Of a stretch of 64,000 nucleotides of DNA, positions 42,843 to 54,105 are shown piece after piece (the first letter of the stretch is position 1; each line of letters starts with the position of its first letter). The notes under the pieces are model-generated. The model was not told the origin of the DNA, made no database searches, and worked only from the letters and a program-made list of their open reading frames with translations. The position numbers and the translations under genes are program-made. Origin of the DNA: an uncultured Acidobacteriota bacterium (GTDB taxonomy: Bacteria; Acidobacteriota; Terriglobia; UBA7540); contig CAWDSK010000006.1 of assembly GCA_963804995.1 (NCBI GenBank), positions 128,001 to 192,000 on the forward strand, given 5' to 3'.

Positions 42843-43424
42843 TCAGGGAAGTGGAAAACGCTTGTCCAGCTCCATATTCAGGGCCAGGACATTGACCCGC
42901 GGCTCGCCCATAAAGCCCAGGGTCCGACCCTGCGTGTTCTGCGCAATGAATTGCTGCACCTGTTCGAGGCTTACGCCGCGCGCTTGGGCGACTCGGGGCG
43001 CCTGCGCCAGAGCCGAGGCGGGGCTCAGGTCCGGATCCAACCCGCTGCCCGAGGTGGTGAGCAGGTCGGCAGGAATGGGACCGTCGTAGCCCGGGTTTTC
43101 CTTGCGGAACTTGTCGACGTCAGCTTTGACTCGATCCATCAGCTTCTGGTTCGTAGGACCGAAGTTGGTGGCATTCGAGGCGCTGGCATCGTAACCATCG
43201 TTGCCGGCGGCGGAGGGCCGAGGATGAAAGTATTGAGGCTTCGAGAAATTCTGGCCAATCAAAGCGGAGCCTACGATTCTTCCCTCCACATTGATGAGGC
43301 TGCCGTTGGCGCGGCGAGGAAACAACATCTGGCAAAGGCCCGTAACGATTCCGGGATAGATGAGGCCGGTCAGGACGGTCATCACGAAGGTCATCCGAAG
43401 AGCCGGAAGAAGCTGGTAACGCAT
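42843..43424 (-). CDS. kdpC: K+-transporting ATPase subunit C
   Basis: ANGSLI...[39 protein letters not shown]. Confidence 0.97.
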   Translation of the reverse strand: MRYQLLPALRMTFVMTVLTGLIYPGIVTGLCQMLFPRRANGSLINVEGRIVGSALIGQNFSKPQYFHPRPSAAGNDGYDASASNATNFGPTNQKLMDRVKADVDKFRKENPGYDGPIPADLLTTSGSGLDPDLSPASALAQAPRVAQARGVSLEQVQQFIAQNTQGRTLGFMGEPRVNVLALNMELDKRFPLP

Positions 43425-43433
43425 CGTATCTCC

Positions 43434-45542
43434 TTAGGCCAGGTGCAACAGGCCGAGCAGCCGGTCAATCAGCCAAATGCCCGGAAAAGGCGCGATGATG
43501 CCGCCGACACCGTAGATCAACAAGTTCTTGCGTAACATTTGGGCGGCACCTTGGGGCCGATACTTAACACCCCGCAGGGCCAACGGGACCAGCGCAATGA
43601 TAATCAGCGCGTTGAAGATAACCGCCGCCAGGACCGCACTTTGCGGCGTATGCAAATGCATAATATTCAACGCATTGAGTGCCGGATAAGTTGCCATGAA
43701 CATGGCCGGAATGATGGCGAAGTATTTCGCCACATCGTTGGCGATGGAAAACGTGGTCAGGGCGCCGCGCGTGATCAGGAGCTGCTTGCCGATGGCCACA
43801 ATTTCGATCAGCTTGGTGGGATTGCTGTCCAGATCCACCATGTTCCCGGCTTCCTTGGCGGCCATGGTGCCCGTGTTCATGGCCACGCCGACATCGGCCT
43901 GCGCGAGGGCAGGCGCATCATTGGTGCCGTCGCCGGTCATGGCCACCAGGCGGCCTTGCGCCTGCTCTTTCTTGATGTACTCCATCTTGTCTTTGGGTGT
44001 GGCCTGGGCGAGGAAATCATCCACTCCCGCTTCATTCGCAATCGCCGCGGCGGTCAGCGGATTGTCTCCGGTGATCATGACAGAGCGGATTCCCATGGTC
44101 CGCAATTGACCAAGACGGTCACGCATGCCGCCTTTGACGATATCCTTGAGGTGCACGATCCCCAGCAATTGCCCCCCGTCCGCCACCGCCAGGGGTGTGC
44201 CTCCCATGCGGGAGATGCGATCCGAAATCTCGCTGAAGTCCGGCGGAACCTTGCCGCCTTTTTCGATCACGAACTGCACGATGGCGTCGGTGGCTCCCTT
44301 GCGCAGATGGCGGCCATTCATATCAACGCCGCTCATGCGGGTGTACGCGGAGAACGGAATGAAGTGCGCCTCGTGTTCGGCTACCTCACGCCCGCGGAGG
44401 TTGTAGGCTTGCTTGGCGAGCACCACGATCGACCGGCCCTCGGGAGTTTCATCGGCCAGGCTGGCGAGTTGGGCGGCGTCCGCCAACTCGGCTCCGGTCA
44501 CGCCCTGGGCGGGCAGGAACTCAACGGCCTGCCGATTGCCCAGCGTGATAGTGCCGGTCTTATCGAGGAGCAGCGTGTTGACATCACCCGAGGCCTCTAC
44601 CGCCTTGCCGCTCATGGCCAGCACGTTGTGCTGCATGACGCGATCCATGCCCGCGATGCCGATGGCGGAAAGCAAGCCCCCAATCGTGGTGGGGATCAGG
44701 CACACCAGCAGCGAAACCAGCACGGCGACACTGGGTATCTCTCCACTGCCTGCGGAGGACACGGCGTAGGCGGAAAAGGGTTGCAAGGTTACGACGGCCA
44801 GCAGGAAGATCAGTGTCAGGCCGGCAATCAGAATATTGAGGGCGATCTCGTTGGGAGTCTTCTGGCGTTCCGCGCCTTCGACCAACGCAATCATGCGATC
44901 CAAGAACGTTTCGCCCGGGTTGGAGGTGATCCGAACTCTGATTTGGTCAGAAAGGATCCTTGTCCCGCCTGTGACCGCACTGCGATCCCCACCCGATTCG
45001 CGAATTACCGGAGCACTTTCACCGGTGATGACGGACTCATCCACCGTTCCTATTCCTTCGATGACCTCGCCATCGCCGGGAATGATGTCGCCCGCTGTGC
45101 AGATCACGATGTCTCCGGCCCGAAGCTGGGAAGCTGGAACCATCTCCGTTTCCTGACCTCGCGTGATGCGCCGCGCCAGCGAATCCGTTTTGGTCTTGCG
45201 CAGAGTGTCGGCCTGCGCCTTGCCACGCGCCTCGGCCATGGCCTCCGCAAAATTGGCGAAAAGCACCGTGAACCATAACCACAAGGCAATCTGCAAAGAG
45301 AAACCCACCCCCGGAGCACGGAGGAGGAGGTCGCGAACCAGGAACACCGAGGTCAGCGCGGCTCCCACCTCCACCACAAACATGACGGGATTTTTGGCGA
45401 GGGTGGCAGGACTCAACTTCCGGAACGAATCTTGCACCGCACGCTTCACGATGGGTGGATCGAAGAGCGGACGGGCCCGCCCCAGTTTCTTGGGGAGGAG
45501 CGTCGCCTCTTCCGTGGGGGGAAGCGCTACAAGTGTGGCCAT
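43434..45542 (-). CDS. kdpB: K+-transporting ATPase subunit B
   Basis: [42 protein letters not shown]. Confidence 0.98.
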   Translation of the reverse strand: MATLVALPPTEEATLLPKKLGRARPLFDPPIVKRAVQDSFRKLSPATLAKNPVMFVVEVGAALTSVFLVRDLLLRAPGVGFSLQIALWLWFTVLFANFAEAMAEARGKAQADTLRKTKTDSLARRITRGQETEMVPASQLRAGDIVICTAGDIIPGDGEVIEGIGTVDESVITGESAPVIRESGGDRSAVTGGTRILSDQIRVRITSNPGETFLDRMIALVEGAERQKTPNEIALNILIAGLTLIFLLAVVTLQPFSAYAVSSAGSGEIPSVAVLVSLLVCLIPTTIGGLLSAIGIAGMDRVMQHNVLAMSGKAVEASGDVNTLLLDKTGTITLGNRQAVEFLPAQGVTGAELADAAQLASLADETPEGRSIVVLAKQAYNLRGREVAEHEAHFIPFSAYTRMSGVDMNGRHLRKGATDAIVQFVIEKGGKVPPDFSEISDRISRMGGTPLAVADGGQLLGIVHLKDIVKGGMRDRLGQLRTMGIRSVMITGDNPLTAAAIANEAGVDDFLAQATPKDKMEYIKKEQAQGRLVAMTGDGTNDAPALAQADVGVAMNTGTMAAKEAGNMVDLDSNPTKLIEIVAIGKQLLITRGALTTFSIANDVAKYFAIIPAMFMATYPALNALNIMHLHTPQSAVLAAVIFNALIIIALVPLALRGVKYRPQGAAQMLRKNLLIYGVGGIIAPFPGIWLIDRLLGLLHLA

Positions 45543-45546
45543 CAGA

Positions 45547-47361
45547 TCAACTCCAAATTGGGAAAGACAACATTGAGAAAAGCTTTCCTTGCATCATCAG
45601 GAAATGCTCGACGATCGGGCCCAGGGACAAAGCCGGGAAGTAAGTCAAAGCGCCGACGATGATCACGGTGCCAATCAGCAAGCCGACAAACAGCGCGCCG
45701 TGCGTCGGCAACGTGCCGCTGGTCGTGGGAATTTTCTTCTTGGCTGCCAGGCTGCCGGCTACCGCCAGCATCGGAATAATGAACAGGAAGCGGCCGATCA
45801 GCGTGGCCAATCCGAGGCTGAAGTTGTACCAGGGAGTGTTTCCATTGAGCCCGGCGAAAGCGCTTCCGTTATTTCCGTTGGTGCTGGTATAGGCGTAGAG
45901 GATCTCGCTGAATCCATGCGGGCCATTGTTGTTGAGGTTGGCCGTGGCAGCCCCCGGCGGGTTCAGATAGCCATTCTGCTTGAATTTGGCGACGGAACTA
46001 ATCCCGGTAAAAACCAGGATGTTTGCGGCCATCAGGATCAGCGCCAGCATGGCCATCTTCACTTCTTTTTGTTCGATCTTTTTGCCAATGTATTCCGGAG
46101 TGCGGCCCACCATCAGTCCGGCAATGAATACGGCCAGGATGGCAAAGAGCAACATGCCCTTGATGCCCGCGCCCACACCTCCAAAAACCACTTCCCCAAG
46201 CTGGATGTTGAAAAGGGGCACCAGGCCGCCGAGCGGGGTGAAGCTGTCGTGCATGCCGTTCACCGCGCCGCAACTTGCGTCTGTGGTGATCACGGCAAAG
46301 AGCGCGGTGGAGGCGATGCCGAAGCGAACCTCCTTGCCTTCCATGTTCCCGCCTGGCTGCACATTACTGGCCTTGGTCGCGAGGCCAAACTTCGCCAGGT
46401 TCGGATTGCCTGCCTGTTCTGCCGGGTAACAAACCAAGACCCCCGCCAGGAACAGGACACTCATGGCCGCAAACAACGCCCAGCCCTGACGCCTGTCTTC
46501 GACCATCCTGCCGAAGGTGTAAGTGAGGCCGGCGGGGATGGCGAAGATCATGAACATCTGGAGGAAGTTGGTGAGGGGCGTGGGGTTTTCAAAGGGATGG
46601 GAGGAATTGGTATTGAAAAAACCTCCGCCGTTTGTCCCCACCATCTTGATGGCCTCTTGGGAAGCGACCGGGCCCTGCGCGATGGTCTGCGTGGCGCCTT
46701 CCAAAGTATTCGCCGTGGTGAAGGGTTTAAAATTCTGAATCACGCCCTGCGAGCAAAGGAAGAGCGCACCGAGTAGGGAGAGGGGTAGAAAAATGTAAAG
46801 CGTCGCCCGCACCAGATCCACCCAGAAGTTGCCGATGCTATTGCTCTGCTTGCGCGCAAAGCCCCGAATCAGGGCGACGGAAACGGCCACGCCCGCGGCG
46901 GCGGAGACAAAGTTCTGAACTGTGAGGACGGTCATCTGCACGAAATAGCTGAACGTCGTCTCACCGCCATAGTTTTGCCAGTTGGTGTTGGTCACGAAAC
47001 TGGCGGCCGTATTGAAGGCAAGATCCGCGGTCACTTGAGTTGCCCCGGCAGGTGCTTGCCCCGTCCCGAAATGCATGAGATTCAGGGGTAGGAATCCCTG
47101 GAGCCTCTGGATCACGTACGCGAAGATAAAACTCATCAGGCTGAAGGCTATCAGCGACGCGGCATACTGGCTCCAGCGCTGGTCGGAAGTCTCGCGGATG
47201 CGGCATAGGCGGTAAGTCAGCTTCTCCAGAGGGCGCAGTACGGGGTGAAGAAAGGTGCGCTCACCCGCGAAGAGCCGGGTCATAAAGACGCCCAAAGGCT
47301 TCGTCACCAGCAGGATCAACAGAAAGTAAACAGCGATATTCAAAACGCCGATCGAGGTCAT
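45547..47361 (-). CDS. kdpA: K+-transporting ATPase subunit A
   Basis: [37 protein letters not shown]. Confidence 0.98.
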   Translation of the reverse strand: MTSIGVLNIAVYFLLILLVTKPLGVFMTRLFAGERTFLHPVLRPLEKLTYRLCRIRETSDQRWSQYAASLIAFSLMSFIFAYVIQRLQGFLPLNLMHFGTGQAPAGATQVTADLAFNTAASFVTNTNWQNYGGETTFSYFVQMTVLTVQNFVSAAAGVAVSVALIRGFARKQSNSIGNFWVDLVRATLYIFLPLSLLGALFLCSQGVIQNFKPFTTANTLEGATQTIAQGPVASQEAIKMVGTNGGGFFNTNSSHPFENPTPLTNFLQMFMIFAIPAGLTYTFGRMVEDRRQGWALFAAMSVLFLAGVLVCYPAEQAGNPNLAKFGLATKASNVQPGGNMEGKEVRFGIASTALFAVITTDASCGAVNGMHDSFTPLGGLVPLFNIQLGEVVFGGVGAGIKGMLLFAILAVFIAGLMVGRTPEYIGKKIEQKEVKMAMLALILMAANILVFTGISSVAKFKQNGYLNPPGAATANLNNNGPHGFSEILYAYTSTNGNNGSAFAGLNGNTPWYNFSLGLATLIGRFLFIIPMLAVAGSLAAKKKIPTTSGTLPTHGALFVGLLIGTVIIVGALTYFPALSLGPIVEHFLMMQGKLFSMLSFPIWS

Positions 47362-47370
47362 GGTCTCCTC

Positions 47371-47454
47371 TTAAAACCGCTCGGGCCGCAGCAAGGCATA
47401 TACGAGATAACCAAACAGGAGTAGTGCCGCAACGCCGGCAATTATGTAATCCAT
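47371..47454 (-). CDS. kdpF: K+-transporting ATPase subunit F
   Basis: MDYIIAGVAALLLFGYLVYALLRPERF with the YL..ALL.PERF signature; GAGGGAG RBS; below the ORF-track cutoff. Confidence 0.93.
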   Translation of the reverse strand: MDYIIAGVAALLLFGYLVYALLRPERF

Positions 47455-47575
47455 CGAGCCGTCTCCCTCTAGCGACTGGGTATAATCCTCAACCCGGTCT
47501 CGAAACTCGAAAATCGAAATTCGAGGTGGAACTCACGATCTTCGATTTTCGAATATCGATTTTCGCCCTTCTTCT

Positions 47576-47659
47576 TTAGAGCCGGTCACAGGCGCGGGTA
47601 AAGATCCAGCATCCGGCGAAGAACGCAATGCCAATCAGGATGTATGCCAAGTCCAACAT
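47576..47659 (-). CDS. 27-aa kdp-associated membrane peptide
   Basis: MLDLAYILIGIAFFAGCWIFTRACDRL; GAGGTG RBS overlapping the upstream stop. Confidence 0.75.
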   Translation of the reverse strand: MLDLAYILIGIAFFAGCWIFTRACDRL

Positions 47660-47666
47660 GGCAGTA

Positions 47667-48149
47667 TCACCTCAATTCCGCAAAAATCACTTGATGCCCA
47701 TCCCTTTCGAGCGTTCCCGCCAGCCTCTGCTCAGGGGTAGGCCACCAACGCTTCCGGCCCCCCATGATCACGAGGGATCCAGACTTTAGGATAAGCCGCA
47801 GTGTCCGCTGTTTGTCGCGACACAGATAGATGTTCGCGGCAATCTCCATCGGTACCCGGCTTGCCAAAGTGCGGATTTGCCCTTCCAGGAATTCTATCGA
47901 TACTGCCGGCTTGCTCAGGGGAAGAGTATAAGGCACTTCATAGGGCATGAGTAAGCGTAACCGCGCCTCCAGACGCTTGGCCAGTCGCTCGGCCATTTCG
48001 AGGGCTGCCAGTGTACCGGTGGCATCTGTAAAGACCACGGAGACTTCCAACCTTTGGTTGTCGTCACTTTCCGGCTGATCAGGTTCGTAATATCTCAGCC
48101 TGGAAAGCGGATGAACGACCACACACTCAAAACCTGAAGTGATTCTCAT
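47667..48149 (-). CDS. Degenerate USP-like protein heading the kdp operon
   Basis: LEVSVVFTD...TLAAL..A..LA...L.LL...VPY.LPL...LVIMGGRKRWW. Confidence 0.65.
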   Translation of the reverse strand: MRITSGFECVVVHPLSRLRYYEPDQPESDDNQRLEVSVVFTDATGTLAALEMAERLAKRLEARLRLLMPYEVPYTLPLSKPAVSIEFLEGQIRTLASRVPMEIAANIYLCRDKQRTLRLILKSGSLVIMGGRKRWWPTPEQRLAGTLERDGHQVIFAELR

Positions 48150-48182
48150 CGAGGTCCCAGAACACAATGGTGCTCGGAGACC

Positions 48183-48199
48183 CATAAGGAAGGCATAAA
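48183..48199 (-). promoter_or_regulatory. Putative KdpE-like tandem site
   Basis: Minus strand TTTATG-ccttc-CTTATG directly upstream of the kdp operon. Confidence 0.5.
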
Positions 48200-48495
48200 G
48201 AGTTGGTCAGGATTTCATTAGCCAGCGCTGGGCTGACCTCCGCCGGTGTGCAGCTCTTCCTGCGCCAGTTGAACGATTTGTCGTGACGAAAAACCCGGCA
48301 CGAGGCAGGCGTCGAGCGCCGCTACGATTCACGCATTTCCGTTTCGGAAAACGCCCCGGAACCGGCACGCCTCATCCCGATTGACGATGTGCAGTTGCCG
48401 CTGAGGTATCGGGCGTGAGAGAATCCTGCAGTCACGGCTGCACTGACGGTAATGGTTACCCGCTGTCTGAAATTCCATTACGTCGATTGTTGTTT

Positions 48496-50348
48496 ATGCA
48501 CAACCACACTCACGATCATGGCACGGGGCTTAGTCAGGAGGCGCTCGCGACCCTTCAGCGGGGGCTCACCGAACTCTTGCGGATGACGGAAGGCATGGTG
48601 TTCCGGCCTGTTGCCTCTGAGCGCTATCCGCTACCTTTGGCCCTGGCGGTTTACGGAGAGGTCCCTGACCCCGAGCGTGTTCGAAGCGAAGTGCGTGCAG
48701 GCATCGAGTCCGAGCCCCTCCGCGTGCTTGAGGCAAGCCTGGCGCTGCTGGAGCTTTACGCCTGCAACCAGCCTGGCGTATGCGCAGCGGTGCCCGACGA
48801 CGACGCGTTCCTTACGGAGGTCTTCGCGAGCAAGCGCAGGAATGGCTGGATCGTTCTGCTCGGCGATGCGAACCAGGTTGAAACACAGACTGCGGTAAAC
48901 GCCCGCTGGCAGTTTAAATTCCTCGAAGCGGGGGAGACGGTGTACCAGCCTTTACGTCTTGCTGAATGTGTTGGCGCGTTACGCCTTCGTATACGGACGG
49001 ATACCGCCCGGCGACACCCATCTGCTCGGACACTTCATCGAAGACATTACCTCGGGATTGGTCGTGGGGCGCGGAAAACTGAATGACCTGGAGTTGACCC
49101 TATCTCTGGCCGCCATGCGGATCGGTGTTCCGGCCATCACGCCTCAAGGCTATCCCTTCCAGCTCGGACGCCACGTCCGTGCCGGCACTTTGCCTGAAAT
49201 CGTCGATGCCGTGGCGAGTTTCCCCAGCGTCCGGCGCCTACTGGATCATGCCGACATCCCGCCTTTACCCGACTACTTGAACCCCGGGGAAGCCCAGCCG
49301 CGCTTCCAGCTCGGCAAAACGTGGGGAGACACGCCCGAGAGCTTTTATCTTCTGCGCAAAGGGCGGGTGGAAGTCCCCGGCGTCAGCGTGATGGGAACAC
49401 CTTCTGGAGCGATGGGGATTCTGCTGACGGTTGACGCCGAGCCCCTGGACGCTTTCGACCGCCGGTATATCGAGTCTCGCGCGGCGCGCGTCTTTTCAAA
49501 GAATGCGCGGGGTTTCGGCGAGACATTCCTCCGGGAGGCTGGTGTTGGGACTGGCGCGCGACTTCGATCTGCCCCCGGAGCGGATTGGCGAGTCCTTGAT
49601 CGCGGCAGTCCGCAATGAGTTTCCGCGAATCGTCAAATTGCGTGCGGAAGTCATCTTCGACCGCGAGCGCCTGAACGACCTGGAGGTCGAAGTCTCGGCC
49701 GAAAGGACCGAGCGGAAGCGGGAAATCGCTGCGGCAACCGAGGAGAGCGTTCCCGAGTTCGTCACCTGCGTAGGTTGCTCGGCTTTTGCGCCCGACCATG
49801 TGTGCATTCTCACGCCCGAGCGGCCCCCGCAGTGCGGCCGCGCCTACGAGTTCATCAAAACCGGGGCACTCTATGGGTACGATGACATGACCAACATCCA
49901 TCACCGTGAGTTGCATTTCGGCGTTAATTCTTTTGGCACCTGCTCGAAGGGCGAGTTGCTGGATCCCACCGCCGGGGAGTGGTCAGGCGTCAACCAGGCG
50001 GCAGCGCGTCTGACGGGAGGAAGGATCACGCGCGTCCAACTGCATTCCCTCGACGAAGCGCCACACACCGGCTGCGGTTGCTTTCAGTTGATCCTGTTCA
50101 AGACGGACCTGCCCAAGCCTGGAATCGGTATCATGGAGCGTGGCTACAAGGGACTTGCACCGGACGGCCGCACTTGGCGCGACCTGCATTATGCCTTGGG
50201 CGGGAAGCAGACCCCTGGCCTCGCCGGCGCGGCGTGGGGATACCTCCAATCGCCGAAGTTTCTGGCTGCCCACGGTGGGAGGGAAAGCGTTGTGTGGGCC
50301 AGTCCTAAGGTTGCAGCCTTGATGCCACCTGCGGACGGACGAGTGTAA
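48496..50348 (+). CDS. Divergent acetyl-CoA synthase (AcsB/CdhC)-like protein, frameshifts near 48930-48945 and 49500
   Basis: FVTCVGCSAFAPDHVCILTPERPPQCG, HSLDEAPHTGCGCF, GGKQTPG, SPKFL.AHGG...VVW parallel the AcsB C-terminal domain; three consecutive ORFs join into ~615 aa. Confidence 0.8.
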
Positions 50349-50386
50349 ACGGGTGGCACAGCGCGGCGGAGCCACAACCAACGGAT

Positions 50387-51701
50387 TTAAGCAAGTGTAG
50401 CGCGGCCCCCCGTCGTTGTGATCTGCCGGGTAGGATTGACATAAACCCAAGCCAGGACCCCCACCAACACGATCAAGCTCCCAGCATAAAGTCCCCAGGA
50501 CCAACCGACGAACGAGGCAATATAAGGTGTAAGAATAGGAGAAATAAGACCGCCGATGTTCGCTCCCATGTTAAGAATGCCGCAAGCGGCGCCCAGATGT
50601 TCACCCCCCACATGGATGGTCGTGGCCCAAAACGGCGCTTCCGAACACGCTACGGACCCGAAGGCCATCGTCATGAGGACGAAGGCGGCGAGGGTTCCGG
50701 TGGCGTTTGTGCCCAAATAGAGCAGGAAGGCGCTCAGGCTCATACTAACAATAGGGACATAGCGCCGGCCGACCTTGGCTCCGTAGAGCTTGGAGAGGAA
50801 GTCAGAAATCCACCCGCCGAGTGGCGTCATGAGCGTAAACGCCAGGAATAGAATGGTGGTGTAAATCGCGGTCTGGCTCGACCCTATGTGGCGAATCTGG
50901 CCGAAGTAGTAGTAGATCCAATAGAAGAATATGTATTCGAAGTAGCCCATAGTGCCATAGGCCAGGGTAAGCAGCATCAGATTTCGGTCAGTCAACAACC
51001 TGCGCCACGGGGTAGAGGCTGCGTGTTTGGCTTGAATCGGGGCACTATCCTCGAGCGAGGAGGTGTCCCTGCTCACCAATCGCGGGGTGTTCCTCCGGAT
51101 GATCACGCACATACCAGTACCACAGAACCGCAAGAGCCGCCGTGGTAACTCCGGCCAGGCAGAAGGACATCCGCCAGCCCCGATGCATAACCAACCAGGA
51201 AAACAAGAGTGGAGAACACGCACTCCCTAGTCCCGTGCCTGCCACAATCAGTCCTTGAACGATGGCGTGCCTCCGCAATGGAAACCAGTTGGATGTCATC
51301 TTGGCGCAAGACGGGTACAGCGGAGCCGTCATCACGCCCAACCCGAGGCGGATGACGAGAAACGAAGGGACAATGCCGAGATAGGAGCCCAGGCCCGGCC
51401 GCCCGCCCAGAGCCGTCATGCCCGTGAAAAAAGCCGCTCCCAGCCCTATCACGGTGAGGACCGAGCGGGGGCCAAGACGGTCTGCCAGCCGGCCCCCTGG
51501 AACCATGAGCAGAAAATAGCTGAAGACGAACGCGGAATAAATCGTTCCCATCGCGGTTTCCGATATAGCGAACTCTTTCATGATGTGTGGGCCGGCAATG
51601 GACATGATCGTCCGATCGAAATAGCTCATCACGCTGAAAGCCACCATTAAGATCACGATCTTCGTTTGGACGCGTTCCGCACTGCGGGTTGAGAAAGGCA
51701 T
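50387..51701 (-). CDS. MFS transporter (anion:cation symporter-like), frameshift near 51050-51070
   Basis: SYFDRTIMSIA, GRLADRLGPR, WFP, GWR, RDHP; second half GGWISD, GILNMGANIGG. Confidence 0.85.
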
Positions 51702-52197
51702 TCAAGCGCTCCCCTATGCCGGCTATCATTCAATCGAATCCATTCATTGCGTACTGACGGGGTCGAATTAACTGGTCAGCACCTGACGAAGACGAATGGT
51801 GACTTGGAACTGCCTACAATGCACCACTTTCAAAATCGAAATCGCCAGGAATTATGCGTGGAAAACCTCAGCCTCTGCAGATCGCGGCCTGGATTGTATC
51901 TTCCTGCGCGTACCAGATTAATCCAGTGTTCTCTTTCGGGAAACCCCACCGGCAAGATTTTCTTTCCCACGTGCCGTTGGGATCTGTCCACCTCTCAAGA
52001 GCAGGCCATTGGCTTTCTGGCACCAAAGAGAAACCACTGTATCTTTCGGGATGGCGATTATAGGATTCGTACGATGATTCCCCTCCTAGATAGGGAGGTG
52101 GCCAGGGGGCGGTTGATCGGCGCGATTTGTCACTCACCCACCCAACCCCCTAGCTTACCTGAGGCGAAGAGTTATTCTCACAGCAGGAGGAAGTTAG

Positions 52198-53856
52198 ATG
52201 GCGCGGAGACGAGATTTGCTAAAGGCTCTTTCAGCGGGTGCAATGAATGCGGTGCTACCCGGTTTCCGCCCGGTGCCGCGAGCCGCCAAACCGGCGCCAG
52301 GTCAGCCGAATATTCTTTTCATCATTTCTGACCAGCACCGTGCGGGGCTTTCCAGGCGTTCAGAGTATCCCCTGGACACGAGCCCGACGCTCGATGCGTT
52401 AGCCGAACATGGAGTGAGTTTTGACAAGGCATACACCACGTGTCCAGTCTGTGCGCCAAGCCGCATTAGCCTGCTGACCGGGCGCTGGCCCGAGGCTCAC
52501 CGGCAGCGTCAGAACACTGCGCACCTCGAAGCTTTCTACGAGAAGGATCTTTTTGATGTGGTGAAGGCAGCGGGTTACAAGACGGGCCTCGCCGGCAAGA
52601 ATCACACCTACATAACGCCCGCTAAGCTGGATTTCTGGCGGGAGTATGGCCACCAGGGAGGCTGGGAGTCACCCACCGCGCCGCGCGAGGTGGTGCAATT
52701 TGACGCATGGATGCGACGCCTGAACTCCGGCGTGTCTTATGTGCCGACACCCTTCCCCGTAAGTACTCAATCACCCTACCGCATCGTTTCCGATGCCATC
52801 GAATTCATGGATAGATTTGGCAACCAGCCTTTTGCTCTGGAGGTCAGCTTTCCCGAACCTCACAATCCCGAGCAAGTGCCCAGGCCCTATTGGGATATGT
52901 ACCCTCCGGAAAGTGTGCCGGACCGTTGCGCCAGCCCCGAGGTATTGAAATACAGGGGGTATAAGGAGCAATGGTTGTATGGAATGGAAAATGACACCCA
53001 TCCCATCTACGAAAAAAATTGGCGGCGTTATAAGTCGAATTATTTGGGAATGCTCCGGTTGCTGGATGACCAGTTAAAACGCCTCGTCGATTACATGAAG
53101 CAGCAAAATCTGCTGGAGAAGACCATCATCGTGTACCTTGCCGATCACGGTGACTACTTGATGGACTATGGTCTGGGCCGCAAGGGAGCTGGATTGCCGG
53201 AGTGTCTGACCAGGATTCCCATGGTGTGGTCAGGATGGGGGATCGAAGGGGGCCATCCCCACCATTCGGCCTGTGTGTCCAATGCCGATGTGATGCCGAC
53301 ACTGTGTGAAGCCATCGGTGCGGAGATTCCCCAGGGTGTGCAGGGACGCAGTCTCTGGCCGCTTCTTCAAGGTAAAGGATATCCCGAGGAGGAGTTCCGC
53401 AGCATTTACGCGGGGGTGGGATTTGGCGGGTTATACTACGATGAGTCTTACGCGATGCCTTATCGACTTGCACAATACCCCCCCAAGGGAGAGAGCGGCG
53501 AGGGGCGGCCCACCCCGCTCTGGAATATCGATGAATTGAACCCCGTCACCCAAAGCGGCACCCAGAAGATGGTCCGCATGGGTGATTGGAAGCTGATTTA
53601 TGACATGATGGGCTATGGCCAGCTTTACAATCTGGCATCCGATCCGTGTGAGTTGAAGAATCTGTTCTCAGACCCCTCCGTAGCAGGAGAACAAATGCGG
53701 ATGGTAGAAGAACTGTTGATGTGGACAATCCGAAGCCAGGACACCTTGCCCACGGACGAGCCCCTAAAAGGCTGGCAGAGCACCCGCTGGTCAAAGCAGC
53801 ACAACTGGTACGCGCCTTATCGCCATGGGAAGGCCCCAGGGCCCTTTATTCCGTAA
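52198..53856 (+). CDS. Sulfatase (Tat-like signal)
   Basis: PNILFIISDQH, CAPSRISLLTG (CxPxR), GKNH, PHNP, ADHGD, LYNL..DP.E..NL. Confidence 0.93.
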   Translation: MARRRDLLKALSAGAMNAVLPGFRPVPRAAKPAPGQPNILFIISDQHRAGLSRRSEYPLDTSPTLDALAEHGVSFDKAYTTCPVCAPSRISLLTGRWPEAHRQRQNTAHLEAFYEKDLFDVVKAAGYKTGLAGKNHTYITPAKLDFWREYGHQGGWESPTAPREVVQFDAWMRRLNSGVSYVPTPFPVSTQSPYRIVSDAIEFMDRFGNQPFALEVSFPEPHNPEQVPRPYWDMYPPESVPDRCASPEVLKYRGYKEQWLYGMENDTHPIYEKNWRRYKSNYLGMLRLLDDQLKRLVDYMKQQNLLEKTIIVYLADHGDYLMDYGLGRKGAGLPECLTRIPMVWSGWGIEGGHPHHSACVSNADVMPTLCEAIGAEIPQGVQGRSLWPLLQGKGYPEEEFRSIYAGVGFGGLYYDESYAMPYRLAQYPPKGESGEGRPTPLWNIDELNPVTQSGTQKMVRMGDWKLIYDMMGYGQLYNLASDPCELKNLFSDPSVAGEQMRMVEELLMWTIRSQDTLPTDEPLKGWQSTRWSKQHNWYAPYRHGKAPGPFIP

Positions 53857-54105
53857 GCTGGACTCCGGTAGAAAGCCATCCGTCCCATTCTCATGGTTAG
53901 CGTCCGGCGAGCCCATCTCTTCCCCACGTAGCCCACTGCCTGAAACTCCACTTGCTTCCTGCGCCCAGGCCGGGCAAAAGGAGGTGCACAGTGTGATAAA
54001 ATGAAATCCTTCCTGAATAGAACCAGGGCATGAACTCAATTCAGATCCTTACGGGCAAGATGCCGAAATACTTTTCGCTTAGATTCCAAGGGATACGCCT
54101 AAGCA

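Noticed and set aside
43539..46776. Long plus-strand ORFs (579 and 395 aa)
   Set aside because: Antisense shadows of kdpB and kdpA in high-GC DNA.
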